Positions 9,016 to 19,999 of a stretch of DNA of 64,000 nt are shown piece by piece. The translations under genes were made by a program, and so were the position numbers. Every line of letters begins with the position of its first letter. Position 1 is the first letter of the stretch. Where the stretch lies: NCBI GenBank assembly GCA_963662465.1, contig OY759599.1:8000001-8064000 (forward strand). Direction: 5' to 3'. Source of the stretch: Desulfatiglandales bacterium (GTDB lineage: Bacteria > Desulfobacterota > DSM-4660 > Desulfatiglandales > Desulfatiglandaceae). A model generated the notes under the pieces. That model was given only the letters and a program-made list of their open reading frames with translations, did not search any database and was not told where the DNA came from.

Positions 9016-11292
9016 GTGGCGAAAATGGAGAATATATCAGACGGAGCAGAACTCAGGCGGGTTGCCGAAGCGGCTTTGGAAACTTCACCCCGTGAAGAAG
9101 ATGATCTTTCAGGGATTTCTCCTGAAGCCACAGCGAGCCTGATCCATGAGCTTCGCGTACATCAGGTCGAACTGAACATGCAGAACCAAGAGCTCCGGCG
9201 GGTTCTAGGGGAGCTCGAAACGACGCGGGATCGCTATTCCCACCTCTATGACTTTGCCCCTGTCGGTTACTTCACGATCAGCGATAAAGGAGTGATTCTG
9301 GAAGCGAATCTCACTGCTGTCGCCATGTTGGGTGTGGAAAGGGGCATATTGGCAGGGTCCTCTTTCCATGATTACATCACCATGGATGATCAGGACATTT
9401 TCTATAAACACCGACAACAGTTTTCGGAAACAGAGGCGCCCCGGTCCTGTGAGCTTCGGCTTGTGAAAAGGGACGGTCATGATTTCTATGCCCGATTGGA
9501 ATGCAGCGTCATAACCGGCAGGGGGGACGATGTAAAGCAGATCCGAATGGCGGTAAGCGATGTCACCGAGCGCAAACAGGCGGAAGAGGCGCTGCTGAAA
9601 GCCCATTATGAAGTCGAAGAGAAGGTGGTGGAACGCACTGCCGAATTAGCGAAGATGAACCACGAATTAACGGGGGAGATCGATGAGCGCAAACGGGCGG
9701 AAGAGGCGCTGCGCCGCACGCAGTTAATGTTGGCGCGGACTGAACGTATCGCGCATATCGGCAGTTGGGAATGGAACATCGCTACGGATTCGGTAATTTG
9801 GTCGGAGGAACTCTTCCGCATTTTTCAGCTTGACCCCGAGGGAGGAGCGCCCGGTTGGTCGGAACACGCTGCCTTGTATCACCCTGAAGATATGATCTTC
9901 CTGCGCCGGGCCGTCGAAAGGGCGGTATCCGATGGAACGTCCTATGAACTGGAGCTGCGTGCGTTACGGAAAGACGGAGAAACCCGCGTTTGTCTTGCCC
10001 GTGGATTTCCGGAAATGGATTTGCATGGCGGGGTTGTGCGTCTGTTCGGTTGTTTGCAGGACATTATGGATTTCAAGGCGGCGGAGCAGGCACTGCTTCA
10101 AAGTGAAAAGAAACTCCAAAGTTCACTGATCCATGCCCGGAAAATGGAAAGCATCGCCACGTTGACCGGCGGTATTGCCCATGACTACAATAATCTGATG
10201 TCCATCGTCATGGGCAACCTGTCCATGGCCATGGAGGAGGTAGCGCCGGGCTCTCTTTTTGCGGATTTCCTCAGTGAGGCAAACACCGCCTCTCACAAAG
10301 TACGGGACCTGACCCATGAACTCATGTCCCTGTCCAAAGGCGGCGATCCTGTCAAGGAATTGGGATCTTTAGAGACGCTATTGAAAAATATCGAAAGCCT
10401 GATTCCTGTCGATAGCGATATTTCACTTGAAAAATCCATTTCAAAGGACCTGTGGCCGGTCTCTTATGATCAACATAAAATGGGGGCCGTCTTTAGAAAT
10501 GTGGTGACCAATGCGGTGGAGGCCATGCCGGATGGGGGAACCCTTAACGTGAAAGCAGAGAACCTCCGTGTTGCGGATCAGGACACCCACCCCGGGCTTC
10601 CCCTCAAGCCGGGCGATTATGTTCACATTGCCATTGAAGACCAGGGGGTGGGGATTACGGAAGAAAACCTGAGCAAGATCTTCGATCCGTATTTCTCCAC
10701 CAAGGATATGGGCGTTCAGAAAGGAATGGGCCTGGGGCTCGCCACGTCCTATGCGATTGTACACAAGCATGGGGGGCATATTGCCGTCGACTCAACTCCC
10801 GGTGTGGGAACAACGGTAAACATCTATCTTTCGGCCACTGCCGCGGAGAGTAAAGCGCAAAGCGCAGCGCGTCCTGAACCGGGTCCCCAATCAACAATCG
10901 CCAATCAACAATCATCAATCCAAAGGATTCTGGTCATGGACGATGAGGAGATGCTGAGGCACCTGGCGGAACAAATGTTGAAAAGACTTGGATACGCGGT
11001 AGAAACCGTAAAAGACGGCATCGAAGCCATTGAAGCCTACAAAAAGAAAAAGGATTCGGGCGAGCCCTTTGACGCGGTTATCCTGGACCTCACCATCAAG
11101 GGGGGCATGGGCGGCGAGCAGACCATCAAGGAACTGATCAAGATTGATCCTGATGTGAAGGCCATTGTGTGCAGCGGCTATTTCAATGACCCGGTATTGA
11201 CCAGGCATGCGGAATACGGTTTTCAGGGCGCCATGGCCAAGCCTTATCAAAAGAGCGATATCGAGCGTGTCTTGAAAGAGGTACTGGGGTAG
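9016..11292 (+). CDS. Hybrid histidine kinase (coiled coil-PAS-PAS-HisKA-HATPase-REC)
   Basis: HELRVHQVEL, LTGGIAHDYNN, GMGLGL, REC MDDE/DLTI/KPY; GTG start after GGAGGA. Confidence 0.9.
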   Translation: MAKMENISDGAELRRVAEAALETSPREEDDLSGISPEATASLIHELRVHQVELNMQNQELRRVLGELETTRDRYSHLYDFAPVGYFTISDKGVILEANLTAVAMLGVERGILAGSSFHDYITMDDQDIFYKHRQQFSETEAPRSCELRLVKRDGHDFYARLECSVITGRGDDVKQIRMAVSDVTERKQAEEALLKAHYEVEEKVVERTAELAKMNHELTGEIDERKRAEEALRRTQLMLARTERIAHIGSWEWNIATDSVIWSEELFRIFQLDPEGGAPGWSEHAALYHPEDMIFLRRAVERAVSDGTSYELELRALRKDGETRVCLARGFPEMDLHGGVVRLFGCLQDIMDFKAAEQALLQSEKKLQSSLIHARKMESIATLTGGIAHDYNNLMSIVMGNLSMAMEEVAPGSLFADFLSEANTASHKVRDLTHELMSLSKGGDPVKELGSLETLLKNIESLIPVDSDISLEKSISKDLWPVSYDQHKMGAVFRNVVTNAVEAMPDGGTLNVKAENLRVADQDTHPGLPLKPGDYVHIAIEDQGVGITEENLSKIFDPYFSTKDMGVQKGMGLGLATSYAIVHKHGGHIAVDSTPGVGTTVNIYLSATAAESKAQSAARPEPGPQSTIANQQSSIQRILVMDDEEMLRHLAEQMLKRLGYAVETVKDGIEAIEAYKKKKDSGEPFDAVILDLTIKGGMGGEQTIKELIKIDPDVKAIVCSGYFNDPVLTRHAEYGFQGAMAKPYQKSDIERVLKEVLG

Positions 11293-11522
11293 GGCGTCTA
11301 AAACGACAAAAAAACGTTCCCCGGTTTTTGCCCCCCCCCCCCCAATTTCTGGATTTGTGGTTGCTCTGTTTGCTGTAGCTGCCCATTTTGTAAATTCGCT
11401 TCCGATGCTTGTTTTTTTCGGTTTCGCGCTTGTTGATTCCTCAATTTCCGGTTGCTCACGACTGGGTTGCATATTCTGGTCTGTTTCTGGGGCGGATACG
11501 GGGTTCGGTAAGTATGGGTACA

Positions 11523-11548
11523 GGGCAGGCACAGGGGCCTGCCCCTAC
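11523..11548 (-). repeat. Single GTAG-family REP
   Basis: Reverse strand GTAGGGGCAGGCCCCTGTGCCTGCCC, between convergent genes. Confidence 0.7.
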
Positions 11549-11622
11549 ATCCCGAACGTTTACCTCTCTAGCAGATATAACCAGATTATAAGTTACTCAA
11601 AAGCTTTGAGTGGCATATAAAC

Positions 11623-13446
11623 TTATAATCTGAAGTAACGTCCCTCCTCCTCTTCGGCGTCTGCGTTCAGGAAACAGATCCGCTCAAACCCAAGAGAAAC
11701 CACTACAAATGTTTTGAGCCTCAGATTCCGGTACCTACGGGCCAGCCTGTCGCCGTAATCCATACCCTGTATCTTGCCTTCCTTCAGATCCCGCGCAACG
11801 TGCGGCAGGGCATACAGTTCGTCGGAAGAGAGGCGCCGGATGGCCTCCCCGCTGAGCCCCAGCTCCTTGAGACTCAGAAATTTGAACTCGATCAGCACGT
11901 CGAAAATGCTCAGGTATCGTTTGTCCGGTCGGATGATCATGGTGAGGTCCGCGTACCGGCGTTCCAGCTCCGGTTCCGAATCCATAATGTAGAGAATATC
12001 GTTATAGAGCAGCGCCAGAAACGCGGTCTTGATGGTCAGCTCGTTGGCCTGGGCGTAGTCCCGGTTTTTGAAGACGGTGAAAAGATGTCCCTCCACAAAA
12101 GCGCATACCGGCGCGATGTTCCCCTCCTGATACGCCTTTTCAGCCGCCAGCCTGCCTTTATCCCGAATCACCGGGTCCGGCAGCATCATGCGCCGCACCC
12201 GTTCCACGTACAGGCCCTGCATCACCAGGTTCGGAACCTTCAGGGCGAGTTTCCCCCGGGGCGTTTCACCTGCCAGGGTCAGGACACCGAAATAGTATAG
12301 AAACGAGGCGATGAAGGTCTGATCTTTTGACTGCCGGGAAAGCATTTCACTCAACCCGAATCGGTCCTCGATATCCGGAACAACAATATCACGACCTTTT
12401 TCCACCAGGGAAAGAATAAGTTCTCGGCCTCCGGGCATTCCGGCTACATATTCCAGCTTCGAATCATCCACGGAAAGATTGGCATCCAGCATCTTGCGCG
12501 GGTATTCGCGCCGCTTCTGGAACTGCTTGAAAAAATAAAGGCAAAGGGTAGGATTGTACACCGCCTGGCCGCCCCGTGGAATAAAGTTGTAACCGTTGTA
12601 CCAGGTGCGCATCATCAAAAGGGCCTCTTTTGCCTTGTCCTCTGAAAGCCCGCGGATCCCGCTGATCCTGCTGAGGGTTTCGGCCACCTCTTCCTCTCTA
12701 AATCCGCACAAATCCCAGAATTCCGGCTCCAAAAACAGATCTTCCGCAATGTTGTGTCCGCTGGTGATGTCGCTCATGACCACCGGCGACACGCCGGTGA
12801 TGAAGACCCGGTCAAACCCGGTTCCTGAAGTGGAGGCTTTCACCACCTTGAATACGGTTCGGAGGAGCCCTTCATCATGGACCACCGATTCATATCGCTC
12901 CCGGGAATCCAGGGTAGGCTGCATCATGATGGTGTTGGCGAAATTGTCGTACTCGTCGATAAGGAGGAAAACCGGATGTCCCGCGCTTTGGGTTACGCTC
13001 AAAAGGGATTCCATCGTGGCGAGGGCGTTTTCCGGATCCACATCCGTTTGAGCCGGATCAAGGCCGTTGTCTCGATAGTACCGAAGGAAATTTTTAATGC
13101 GCACGTTGATGTGATCATACAAAGATCGCTTCACATCCTCGGGTGCTCCCGCGGGGTCAACGCACGAAAAATCCAGGCGTAGGATGAAATAGCTGTTTCG
13201 CGGGGGAGTGGGGTCCCGACCGATGGCAAGCCGACCGAAGATGTCGTCAAAGGCGTCTTTTCGCGCAATGTCGTAATAGTTTTCCAGCATGGACAACGCC
13301 AGGCTCTTGCCGAAGCGGCGGGGGCGGATGAAGAGCTGGGTCTTGCCCCGCTCCAGGTCAGGGATGGCAGCGGTGCGGTCGCAGTAAAAATATCCCTCTG
13401 TGATGATTTGTCTAAAATCCGACATTCCGTAGGGGAATTTGATCAT
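11623..13446 (-). CDS. AAA-ATPase-like domain protein with C-terminal PD-(D/E)XK nuclease domain
   Basis: FPYG..DF, RPRRFGKS Walker A, LIDEYDN Walker B, FITGVSP, WYNGY; C-terminal YADL...IEFK. Confidence 0.9.
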   Translation of the reverse strand: MIKFPYGMSDFRQIITEGYFYCDRTAAIPDLERGKTQLFIRPRRFGKSLALSMLENYYDIARKDAFDDIFGRLAIGRDPTPPRNSYFILRLDFSCVDPAGAPEDVKRSLYDHINVRIKNFLRYYRDNGLDPAQTDVDPENALATMESLLSVTQSAGHPVFLLIDEYDNFANTIMMQPTLDSRERYESVVHDEGLLRTVFKVVKASTSGTGFDRVFITGVSPVVMSDITSGHNIAEDLFLEPEFWDLCGFREEEVAETLSRISGIRGLSEDKAKEALLMMRTWYNGYNFIPRGGQAVYNPTLCLYFFKQFQKRREYPRKMLDANLSVDDSKLEYVAGMPGGRELILSLVEKGRDIVVPDIEDRFGLSEMLSRQSKDQTFIASFLYYFGVLTLAGETPRGKLALKVPNLVMQGLYVERVRRMMLPDPVIRDKGRLAAEKAYQEGNIAPVCAFVEGHLFTVFKNRDYAQANELTIKTAFLALLYNDILYIMDSEPELERRYADLTMIIRPDKRYLSIFDVLIEFKFLSLKELGLSGEAIRRLSSDELYALPHVARDLKEGKIQGMDYGDRLARRYRNLRLKTFVVVSLGFERICFLNADAEEEEGRYFRL

Positions 13447-13913
13447 GGCGAGGAACCCTCCGTGTCGTGTTGTCGTCATTTTTGAAGACTATAAGGTGGA
13501 TGGACGGGCCTGTCAATGAACCTGTGAGAACCCTGGGGGCGGCTTTTCTCATGTGGAGGGTTGGTGCTGATTATAATGGATTTGGGGGAGGAACTCCCTT
13601 TTTTCTCTTGAATGGAACCTTGGAGGTTCAGTCACTGGCAGCGCGGCTTGCAAAGCTGGCAGCAAGGGTACGGAATGCGAAGGAAAAGTTGGTGTCGAAC
13701 TATCCGGTGGAATCAAGGCGGATGTGACCACAAAAAAGGAATTGTCCACTTCGACTTTTCAGCCTCAAATGACATGGGTCTGGAAGATATCAGACTTGGT
13801 CAGATCAAAATATCCTGAAGGTCTTCCGATTAATGTGGAATTCCAACCTGAACTTATTCATTGCTACACAATTAACAACGGGCCTCCAGTATTATCCAAA
13901 ACAGTTTACCTTA

Positions 13914-14147
13914 AGCCGGAAAAACCGAAGGAAGTTCCGGCAGTGGCGGTGAACGGGACGGCGATGGTCATCGAGGATGAGCTCCAGGTGCGGCAATTGG
14001 CGGCAAGAATGCTCTTGAAACTGGGTTTCACGGTACTTGAAGCCGGGGACGGGGCTGAGGGTGTGGAAATATTCAAGGCGCACCCGGGTGAAATCCGCTG
14101 TGTGATCTGCGACTTGAGCATGCCGAAGGGCCCCAGGCTTTTTTGGG
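13914..14147 (+). pseudogene. Orphan REC-domain half of the 6408/50467 kinase family, with a 112-bp deletion
   Basis: Near-identical to 7159-7370 plus 7483-7505. Confidence 0.85.
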
Positions 14148-14364
14148 AGTATCCGATTGGCGTGAGAGTGATACCAAGATTTCTATGGCAGACGCTCTGA
14201 TGTCCGGCTTTGCCGTCTTCTCCCTTAAAGAACCGTCCTTGCTTGCTTTTGACCAGCGAAGAGAAACTGATGGAAATTTAGAAAGTATTTACCACGTAAA
14301 AGATATACCGTGTGACACGCAGATGAGGTCTATTTTGGACGAAGTAAATCCCGAAGAAATTCGG
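14148..14364 (+). mobile_element. Internal fragment of an ISNCY-like (ISDol1-type) transposase
   Basis: ISMADALMSGFAVFSLKEPSLLAFD...NL..IYHV..IPCDTQMR.ILDEV.P; no ends or catalytic core. Confidence 0.6.
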
Positions 14365-14365
14365 C

Positions 14366-14523
14366 ATAGAGGGACCCAAGTAAAAGTGATTATGGTTACC
14401 GCATTGGATGATCCTAAAAATGTATTTGAAGCCCTATACCAGGGAGGCGCCACATCTTATATCGTCAAGCCCATCGATAAAGAAAAACTTCTCGATGAAA
14501 TTCGTGATTTTGGTCTTATCTGA
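14366..14523 (+). pseudogene. C-terminal half of a CheY-like receiver, fused in frame to the transposase fragment
   Basis: VIMVTALDDPKNVFEALYQGGATSYIVKPID. Confidence 0.7.
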
Positions 14524-17500
14524 TTCTGGAGGGCGTTGATTCCTGAACATCATCCAGCACTCTTCGAACCGTTCGGGCCAGTGTCGATTTCGTTACGGGT
14601 TTTTTCAATAAACCTTTGAGGCCCATTTTTATTGCATCTTGAGCATTCATGTGCTCACTGAAACCGGTGCTGAGAATCACCGGAATGTCCGGTCTGACGG
14701 CCAACAATTCAACTGCCAGTTGAATCCCGGTTTTTTTTGGCATGGCCATGTCGGTAATTACCAGATCAAAATCGTCAGGCGCTGCTTGAAACGCCTTTAA
14801 AGCGTCCATCGGGTTTTTAAAGGCGGTCGCAGCGTATCCCAGCCTTTTGAGTATCTGCCGCTCAAGATGTACGATGGCTTCCTCGTCATCCACCAGCAGA
14901 ATCCTTTCATGGCCTGTTGGAAGATTTTCCGGCTTTTCGAGGGATTTTCTTTTGACCGGTTTTTCAATTAAAGGCAAATACACATTAAATACGGTTCCTT
15001 TGCCCAATTCGCTGTAAGCTCTGATATCTCCTCCGTGTTCATGGATGATACCGTGCGCGACCGCCAGTCCGAGTCCTGTCCCTTTCCCGTGTTCTTTGGT
15101 TGTGAAATAAGGGTCAAATATTTTTTCCATGTGATCCGGGTCAATACCGGAACCCGTATCCTCAACCGTTATCATGGCGTAACGTCCCGGTTTGAGAGAA
15201 GCGATTGGTACATCTTCCGAATCCAGTTTGATTTCTTTCAGATATACTGATATCCTTCCCCCCGCATCCTGAACCGCATGGTAGGCATTGGTGATCAGGT
15301 TCATGCCGATCTGGTGAATTTGGGTTTCATCTCCCAAAATCAATCCGCAATCTGTTTGAATATTCTGCTTTATCTCAATATTTGTCGGAATCGTGGAACG
15401 GCATAGTTTAATGACCTCTTTTAATATGCCTTGAAGCCTAATGGGGAGCATTTCATGTTCGGTTTTTCGGCTGAATGCGAGGATCTGCTGAACAAGATCT
15501 CGCCCCCTTTCAGCGGCTTCCAAAATCCGTTGAGCACTTTCGTGTTCAAAGCTGTCCAGGGGGAGATCATCCAGCAACAGTTCGGATAACCCCATGATGG
15601 GAAATAAAATGTTGTTGAAGTCATGGGCAATGCCGCCTGCCAGATTTCCGATGGATTCCATTTTCTGAATTTGACGCACCTGTTTTTCGAGATTTGCTTT
15701 TTCCTCGTCCGCCTTTTTCCTCTCTGTTGTATTGGCCGATACGACCGTTATGTAAACAATTTCCCCTTCATCATTAAAAACCGGTAGCAGGTTGCTATCG
15801 AGCCATAATGCATGTCCGTCAACGTCACAGGCCAATGCCTCCATGGTGACACTACAACCTGTTCTTTTTACTTCCTTTAAAGCTTTTTTCATTTCATTTC
15901 GAAAGGCTTCAGGAAAAAACGCGAAAGGATAAGGCTTCCCGTATACGGTATCGGTTTCATCCACTTTCAGCATTTTGAATCCATTCAAACTCATGTATGT
16001 CAGATTGAAATCGAGATCCACAATTTTGTGGCAGACCGGGGAGTGGTCGAGCAATGACTGATTTCTTCTTTGAATATGTCTCAGCCTTTTATCGAAATTA
16101 ACGCGGTCAGTAATATCCAAATGATTTCCGATGATGCGAACCATCGCCCCCGCGGCATCCCGTTCAACAACGCGTCCCTTCGCCTGAATCCAGCGGTAAT
16201 GACCCTGTTTGGTTTGCATTCGGAAAATATTTTCGTAAACATCGCGTCCCGTTTTCAGGTACGTCTCGGCTGTTTGAAGCGCGTCCTCTTGATCATCCGG
16301 ATGAATCAAGCGTTTCCAGCTTTCAACTGTTGCCGGAAATTCCCCGGGCTCGTAGCCGAGCATGGTGTAATATACAGGGCTGAACTCCAATTCATTTGTC
16401 TTGAGATGCCATTTCCAGATGCCTTCGCTCACGGCTTTCAGGGTAAGACGCATTTCTTTTTCCGCCAGCTTCCGCTCTGTGATATCGGCCGCCACACCTA
16501 AAACAGCCGGCGTTCCATCCCAGTCCACCATGCGCGCAGAGACTTTGAGTGGAAAAGTTGTTCCGTCTTTTCTTCGGTGCGCCACCTCGAAATAGGCCTC
16601 GCCCTGATTCACCAGTTGTTCCATGCGCTGTCGAAGCTGTCCTTTGCTTTTTTCGTCATCTATTTCGGAGAGTTTCAATGTCATGAATTTTTCATGACTG
16701 TAGCCGTGCAGGGAGGCGGTGGCCTGGTTGGCGTAGAGAAATTGACCATCCGTTGTATGAACCGTAATGGAAGCAGGCGCCATATCCAGCATCACTCCCA
16801 TGTGCCGAAGCCGGGTTTTTGAGTAACGGAGCGCTTGTTCGGCCCGGTATCGTTCACAGGTATGCCCCAGTCGTTCCGCAATGGCATGCACGAGACGACG
16901 CTCGGCCGGCAAAAAATGGGCTTTCTCCGGCAAAGAAGACGCTTCCATATAGCATAACCTCAGTTCGCCGCGGGATTTGCCGTCGACCAGCAGCGGTTCC
17001 GAAAGTGAAGCCTCAGTGCATTCATGGCAGTCGGGGAGGCACATTTGATGTGACTTGTAGATATTGTTGTCATAGCGGATCCGAGCGCGGGCAATTTCAG
17101 GATACTGCATCGCGTCGATCACAATATCGAGGGTTTCGCGTAAAATCGCGTGCAGATCTCGGCGTTGTTCCAAAAGTCTGGAAAGACTATGAAAAGCCTC
17201 GAGTTCCTTGAGGCGCTGCTTAAGGACATTTTTTTTCTGCTTTTGTTCGGTAATATCCGTGCCAAGTGAAACAACTCCCGCGATCGAACCGTTCGAATTC
17301 CGGTACGGAGAATAGTGCATCTCCATCCATCGCGTATCTGCATGAGGCGCTTGAAAAAGTATCTCGTAATGCACATCTTCGCCGGCGAGGCAACGGTCCA
17401 GGTTTGGCCGAATGTTGTTTTCGAAAAATCCGGTTTGATAGAAGTCGCCAACGCACTGACCAACGATTTCAGATGGGTCTTTTCCGTAAATAGACGAGTA

Positions 17501-18130
17501 GGCCTCGTTCACCGTTTGATAGCGATACTCGGTGTCCAAAACGGCCATGGGGTTGGGGAGGTCCCTCGTGATGTGCCGATGAAGCCATAAATGCTTCTGC
17601 GTATCCAATGAAAACAACGCATAACCCAGATCTTCAGCCAACTCGGCCAGCAGGTTACATTCTTCTTTCTCTTCAAGAGAGGACTTTGGAATTGAAACGC
17701 TGAGCAGGCCGAAGACGCGATCCCGGTGGGCGATACGGACGGTCATGGCGCTACGCCCGCGGTAGCCCCCCGAAAGAGGGCAGTCCGAGCAGGTTTTACC
17801 CGGATCACCGGTTGTGGTCACTGCTTTCTTGTCGAGCGCCCTCAAGGCACATCGAGTCAGACGACCTGTGTGCAGCTGCGCTACCATGGGCAGGAAGGCT
17901 TCCCCCAGGCCAGATTCATAGCTTCCTAAAAGTCTTCGGCCTGAATCAAGCAGGGCAATCCAGGCGTTAAAATATCCCTGGGTTTCCGTTAGGCAATCAC
18001 AGGCCCCTTGCAGCAGCTCGCTGCTGTCTTTGGCGTGGTTGATGAGCCGGTTGACTTTACGGAGGGCTGTAAGCCTTCTATTTAACTGCTCCAAGCGCGT
18101 TTCATTGTCGTTCGTTTCCTGGTGCTTCAT
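14516..18130 (-). CDS. Hybrid histidine kinase (GAF-PAS-GAF-like-PAS-PAS-PAS-HisKA-HATPase-REC)
   Basis: GNLAGGIAHDFNNILFPI, GTGLGL, REC VDDE/TDMAMP; ATG 18130 with RBS GGGAG. Confidence 0.92.
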   Translation of the reverse strand: MKHQETNDNETRLEQLNRRLTALRKVNRLINHAKDSSELLQGACDCLTETQGYFNAWIALLDSGRRLLGSYESGLGEAFLPMVAQLHTGRLTRCALRALDKKAVTTTGDPGKTCSDCPLSGGYRGRSAMTVRIAHRDRVFGLLSVSIPKSSLEEKEECNLLAELAEDLGYALFSLDTQKHLWLHRHITRDLPNPMAVLDTEYRYQTVNEAYSSIYGKDPSEIVGQCVGDFYQTGFFENNIRPNLDRCLAGEDVHYEILFQAPHADTRWMEMHYSPYRNSNGSIAGVVSLGTDITEQKQKKNVLKQRLKELEAFHSLSRLLEQRRDLHAILRETLDIVIDAMQYPEIARARIRYDNNIYKSHQMCLPDCHECTEASLSEPLLVDGKSRGELRLCYMEASSLPEKAHFLPAERRLVHAIAERLGHTCERYRAEQALRYSKTRLRHMGVMLDMAPASITVHTTDGQFLYANQATASLHGYSHEKFMTLKLSEIDDEKSKGQLRQRMEQLVNQGEAYFEVAHRRKDGTTFPLKVSARMVDWDGTPAVLGVAADITERKLAEKEMRLTLKAVSEGIWKWHLKTNELEFSPVYYTMLGYEPGEFPATVESWKRLIHPDDQEDALQTAETYLKTGRDVYENIFRMQTKQGHYRWIQAKGRVVERDAAGAMVRIIGNHLDITDRVNFDKRLRHIQRRNQSLLDHSPVCHKIVDLDFNLTYMSLNGFKMLKVDETDTVYGKPYPFAFFPEAFRNEMKKALKEVKRTGCSVTMEALACDVDGHALWLDSNLLPVFNDEGEIVYITVVSANTTERKKADEEKANLEKQVRQIQKMESIGNLAGGIAHDFNNILFPIMGLSELLLDDLPLDSFEHESAQRILEAAERGRDLVQQILAFSRKTEHEMLPIRLQGILKEVIKLCRSTIPTNIEIKQNIQTDCGLILGDETQIHQIGMNLITNAYHAVQDAGGRISVYLKEIKLDSEDVPIASLKPGRYAMITVEDTGSGIDPDHMEKIFDPYFTTKEHGKGTGLGLAVAHGIIHEHGGDIRAYSELGKGTVFNVYLPLIEKPVKRKSLEKPENLPTGHERILLVDDEEAIVHLERQILKRLGYAATAFKNPMDALKAFQAAPDDFDLVITDMAMPKKTGIQLAVELLAVRPDIPVILSTGFSEHMNAQDAIKMGLKGLLKKPVTKSTLARTVRRVLDDVQESTPSRIR

Positions 18131-18279
18131 GTTCACTCCCAGATGGTTAATATCAATTGACAAATATTAGAGAATTGATTTTGCGTGGATGCCGAGACCG
18201 ATAAAAAAACCGAGTCAGTCAATTTAAAACAATATGTCATCCGGTTTTCCGATTTGTTATCAGTTATGTTCCGCAGAGG

Positions 18280-19830
18280 TCATTTTTCGTATAAATTAAA
18301 ATCCGGATACAGTTTTTGGGCACATTCGGGGCATATGCTATGGGAAAAGAGAGCTTCGGAATTTTTGGAAATATAACTCTCCAGGTGATTCCAGTACCCC
18401 TTATCGTCACGGATCTTTTTGCAACTGGCGCAGATGGGCAAAAGGCCGCTCAAAATTTTTACCTTATCAAGTGTCGCTTTAAGCTTTCTTACCAATTTAT
18501 CACGCTCCATCTCCACTTTTTTTCGCTCAGTGATATCGAATGATAAGGTCTGAACATACCGTTTTTCACCCAGATAGACGGGTGTAAAGGTATTCAAGAA
18601 ATATTTTCCGCTATTTTCATCTTCAAAAGTATAGGGTTTATTTTCTTTTAATATTTTTTCACCGATTGCCACTCTTTCCAGCAAAACGTTTTCGGGTAAA
18701 AAATCTTTGATATTTTTGCCGACAAGTTTTTCAGAACTCTGACGCAGGTTCTTCGCCATGGCCTCATTGCAGGTCACAACCTCGAAATTGTCCGCATCCA
18801 CTTCCATGATCATAATCGTTTCATTATCAAAAATCCTCTTGTATTTTTCTCTGCTTTCGATCGCTATTTCGTGTGAACCCCTTAATTCACGTTCGGCTTG
18901 TTTAATATCCGTTACATCGCGCAAGGCGCCAAGCGTAGCCGAAATCTCCCCTGAATGGTTCCGCAACAGCCTAATATTACATAAGGTTTCTACAATAGTA
19001 CCATCCTGCCTTTTGAGTGGCAAATTAAAATTATGAAATGATCCGCCCTCACTTGAAAGTTTTCTAACGATTGCTTCACGCGTTTCAGGATACGCATAAA
19101 GCTTTTCCATGTGAGTGCCGATCAATTCTTGAGGGGTATTGTAACCGCAAAGTTCTGCAGCTGCTGAGTTTGCTTCCGTGATGAACCCTTCGGCATCCGC
19201 CTTCAATATGGCCTCATTTAATGTATCGAAAAGGGCCGAATAGTTTTCCTTTCTTCGAAGGCGTTCTATGATATGACCGAGACGTTCACTGACAACTCCC
19301 ATCAGGTCTTTTTCTTCTTTGAGAAAAGGATCTCCTTCCTGACTGAATGCTTCCGCCCGTACCGCGACATCGAGTTTTCCAGCGGAAACATTTTCACAAA
19401 GGATACTGGAAGATAAAATGGCGTCTGTTTCAGTAAAATGACCGGACTCAAATTCCTGATTTCCAATTGTTATTCGGACAGCAGTACGTTCGGGATGTTG
19501 AAAACTCTTTTGAAAGACCTTTGCGAAATCCGCTAAAATATTCTCAATTTTATCATGTTTTTCGATGAGTCTCGATAATTTATAGAGGCAACGGAGTTCT
19601 TTCATCCTCTCCTTCAACGAATGATTAACCTCATCGAGTTCAAGGGCCTGAAGCTTTTTTTCGGTGATATCTTGTGATGCAGAAAGCAGGCTTGTGACAT
19701 TCACGTTTTCATGGTCAATTGAATTCAGAGCCTTTCGAAGGCGTTTATTTTCCTTAAGGCTGTCGCTGAGAGATTTTTCTAAGCGAGTAATCCGGCTCTT
19801 TAAATATTCAATGTTCTGCTCGGATTTCAA
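18280..19830 (-). CDS. GAF-like/PAS/PAS sensor with C-terminal Cys/His putative zinc-binding output domain
   Basis: C-terminus LLPICASCKKIRDDKGYW...FSHSICPEC; TTG start with AAGGAG. Confidence 0.85.
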   Translation of the reverse strand: MKSEQNIEYLKSRITRLEKSLSDSLKENKRLRKALNSIDHENVNVTSLLSASQDITEKKLQALELDEVNHSLKERMKELRCLYKLSRLIEKHDKIENILADFAKVFQKSFQHPERTAVRITIGNQEFESGHFTETDAILSSSILCENVSAGKLDVAVRAEAFSQEGDPFLKEEKDLMGVVSERLGHIIERLRRKENYSALFDTLNEAILKADAEGFITEANSAAAELCGYNTPQELIGTHMEKLYAYPETREAIVRKLSSEGGSFHNFNLPLKRQDGTIVETLCNIRLLRNHSGEISATLGALRDVTDIKQAERELRGSHEIAIESREKYKRIFDNETIMIMEVDADNFEVVTCNEAMAKNLRQSSEKLVGKNIKDFLPENVLLERVAIGEKILKENKPYTFEDENSGKYFLNTFTPVYLGEKRYVQTLSFDITERKKVEMERDKLVRKLKATLDKVKILSGLLPICASCKKIRDDKGYWNHLESYISKNSEALFSHSICPECAQKLYPDFNLYEK

Positions 19831-19999
19831 TATTCGATACTCCTTTTTTGGTTAGGAAGGCTGTAGCCAAAGGCTCATCATTTTGAATTATCACTCACCC
19901 AACACACTGGAATAACATGACGACCTTCAAGTCAAAAAAGCCTGTACTCATACCAACGAAAGGTCAACACGGTATCCGAGAAGCCCAAGACCGGCCCGA

